Below are positions 62,477 through 64,000 of a stretch of 64,000 nt of DNA, piece after piece (position 1 is the stretch's first letter; the number at the start of each line of letters is the position of its first letter). Made by a program: the position numbers and the translations under genes. The stretch is from Spirochaetota bacterium (GTDB lineage Bacteria; Spirochaetota; UBA6919; CBDBPB01): NCBI GenBank assembly GCA_965208615.1, contig CBDBPB010000001.1, positions 352,001 to 416,000 of the forward strand, given 5' to 3'. Under the pieces are notes generated by a model. It had not been told where the DNA came from. It was given only the letters and a program-made list of their open reading frames with translations, and searched no databases.

Positions 62477-63851
62477 ACTAACTATTAACAAGATTATTGA
62501 GTATTGTAAAGGTAAAGTTATTTGTCAGGGCGGTGATGAACAACTTATATATGACATATCCACTGATAGCAGGACTATTAAAAAAGGTGATTTATTTATT
62601 GCTCTTTGTGGGGATAGGTTTGATGGACATAACTATATTAACGAAGTATTAAATAAAGGTATAAAGGCTATTATTGTTTCAAACAATGCAAACATAGAAG
62701 AATACATAGGCTCAGCCAGTGGATGTTGGATTATTGGCGTAAATAATACTCTAGAGGCATATCAAAGAATTGCAAAGCATTATTTAGAGCAGTTTAGTAA
62801 TATAGTAAAAATAGCCATCACCGGAAGTAATGGAAAAACTACTACTAAAGATATAATCAAGATTATTTTGTCTAAGCATTTTAGTGTATTAGCTAATGAA
62901 GGTAATTTTAACAATCAAGTTGGCGTACCTAAAACAGTATTCACTGTTGAAAGCCATCATGACGCTGTTATCATTGAGATGGGAGCTGGTAAGAAGGGTG
63001 ATATTGCAAAACTATCAGATATTATTTCTCCTGATATTGGGATTATTACTAGTATTGGCAAGGCTCATATTGAGTTTTTCGGCGAATTAGAGGGAATTGC
63101 TAAAGAAAAAAAGGAATTATTTAAAAGCTTCCATAATAACTCTACTGCTATTTTAGACAGAGAAGAACCACACTATTCATCTTTAATAAATGATATTAAA
63201 AATAAGTTAATTTCTTTTTCTTCTAAGGATGATATGCCATTCTATTTAATCAAGGATCTTGGTTTAGATGGATATTTAATTAATTATAAAGGTACGGAAT
63301 GTTCCTTTAGATTAGGGGGAAAGCATAATTTAAAGAATCTAGCTTTTGCTATTTTGGCGGCTGAGACCTTAAACATACCATCCAATATAATAGCCGAGAA
63401 TATTAATTATATTTTACCTGCTAAAATGCGATCAGAAGTTATAAAGGGTCAATACACCATAATAAAGGATTGTTATAATGCTAATCCGGATTCTATGAAG
63501 GCTGGATTAGATTATATTAGTTCTTTAAATATTCCTGGTAAAAAGATTACTGTTTTGGGAGATATGCTGGAACTGGGATACCAAAGTAAACTGCTCCATG
63601 AAGAAATTGGTAATTATTTTACTAGTCTTAATATTGATTATTTATTAACTCTAGGCACCCTTGCTAAAAGGATTGCTGATACCGTAAAAAAGAGTGATTA
63701 TTTAAAGGATAAAGCCTTTTCTTTCCAGGCAAAGGATGAATTATTTAATAAGTTAAAAAAGATTGCTAAAAAGGATGATTTAATTTATTTTAAGGCCTCT
63801 AGAATAATGGAGCTTGAAAAAGTTATTACTAAATTAGAAAACATTGATTAA
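62469..63851 (+). CDS. murF: UDP-MurNAc-pentapeptide synthetase
   Basis: TGSNGKTTTK, YNANPDSM, LGDMLELG and KASR motifs. Confidence 0.96.
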   Translation: MDKLTINKIIEYCKGKVICQGGDEQLIYDISTDSRTIKKGDLFIALCGDRFDGHNYINEVLNKGIKAIIVSNNANIEEYIGSASGCWIIGVNNTLEAYQRIAKHYLEQFSNIVKIAITGSNGKTTTKDIIKIILSKHFSVLANEGNFNNQVGVPKTVFTVESHHDAVIIEMGAGKKGDIAKLSDIISPDIGIITSIGKAHIEFFGELEGIAKEKKELFKSFHNNSTAILDREEPHYSSLINDIKNKLISFSSKDDMPFYLIKDLGLDGYLINYKGTECSFRLGGKHNLKNLAFAILAAETLNIPSNIIAENINYILPAKMRSEVIKGQYTIIKDCYNANPDSMKAGLDYISSLNIPGKKITVLGDMLELGYQSKLLHEEIGNYFTSLNIDYLLTLGTLAKRIADTVKKSDYLKDKAFSFQAKDELFNKLKKIAKKDDLIYFKASRIMELEKVITKLENID

Positions 63852-63860
63852 GGATATAAT

Positions 63861-64000
63861 ATGGCATATGAGTTACTATATGAATGGCTTTTTTATAATA
63901 CTGATTTATCATTTTTACGTTTATTTAAGTATATCACTTTTAGATCGGCTTATGCTATAATAACGTCTATTATTTTATCACTTATTATTGCTCCATGGTT
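63861..64000 (+). CDS. mraY: Phospho-MurNAc-pentapeptide transferase (5' fragment)
   Basis: MAYELLYEWL...LRLFKYITFRSAYA; follows murF and runs off the window end. Confidence 0.85.
   Translation, partial: MAYELLYEWLFYNTDLSFLRLFKYITFRSAYAIITSIILSLIIAPW

Noticed and set aside
1-64000. rRNA, tRNA or prophage genes
   Set aside because: No GC-rich cloverleaf, rRNA-like segment or phage hallmark protein was recognised.

Overview
AT-rich bacterial chromosomal segment, most likely from a Spirochaetota-like organism. Supporting signs are the rpsT-HU gene pair, a PUR/DUF3276 protein, a DUF5312-like protein, 'FNC' lipoboxes and a dcw cluster lacking mraZ and ftsI. It carries dissimilatory sulfur genes (aprBA, a tusA-dsrN-like pair), NfnAB-type transhydrogenase, alcohol and aldehyde dehydrogenases, TRAP and Trk transporters, the DapL/DapB lysine route, rtcB, a GT-C/Dpm1 glycosylation cassette, a c-di-GMP enzyme and the start of the dcw cluster. 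The most unusual parts are non-coding. A ~520-bp element is present twice (18.2 kb and 54.0 kb) and is bounded by inverted repeats of a recurring GTTA-N5/6-GTTCTA motif. At the second site it is followed by four tandem 318-bp units, each with an extended -10 box and stem-loops. There is also an 8x CATCTACA repeat ahead of adh. Several decayed gene copies are present (mini-aprB, TAXI relic), as are a catalytically degenerate CCA-enzyme homologue and a frameshifted secreted WD40 gene. No rRNA, tRNA, CRISPR array, transposase or reverse transcriptase was recognised. All family calls are by motif recognition, not database search.
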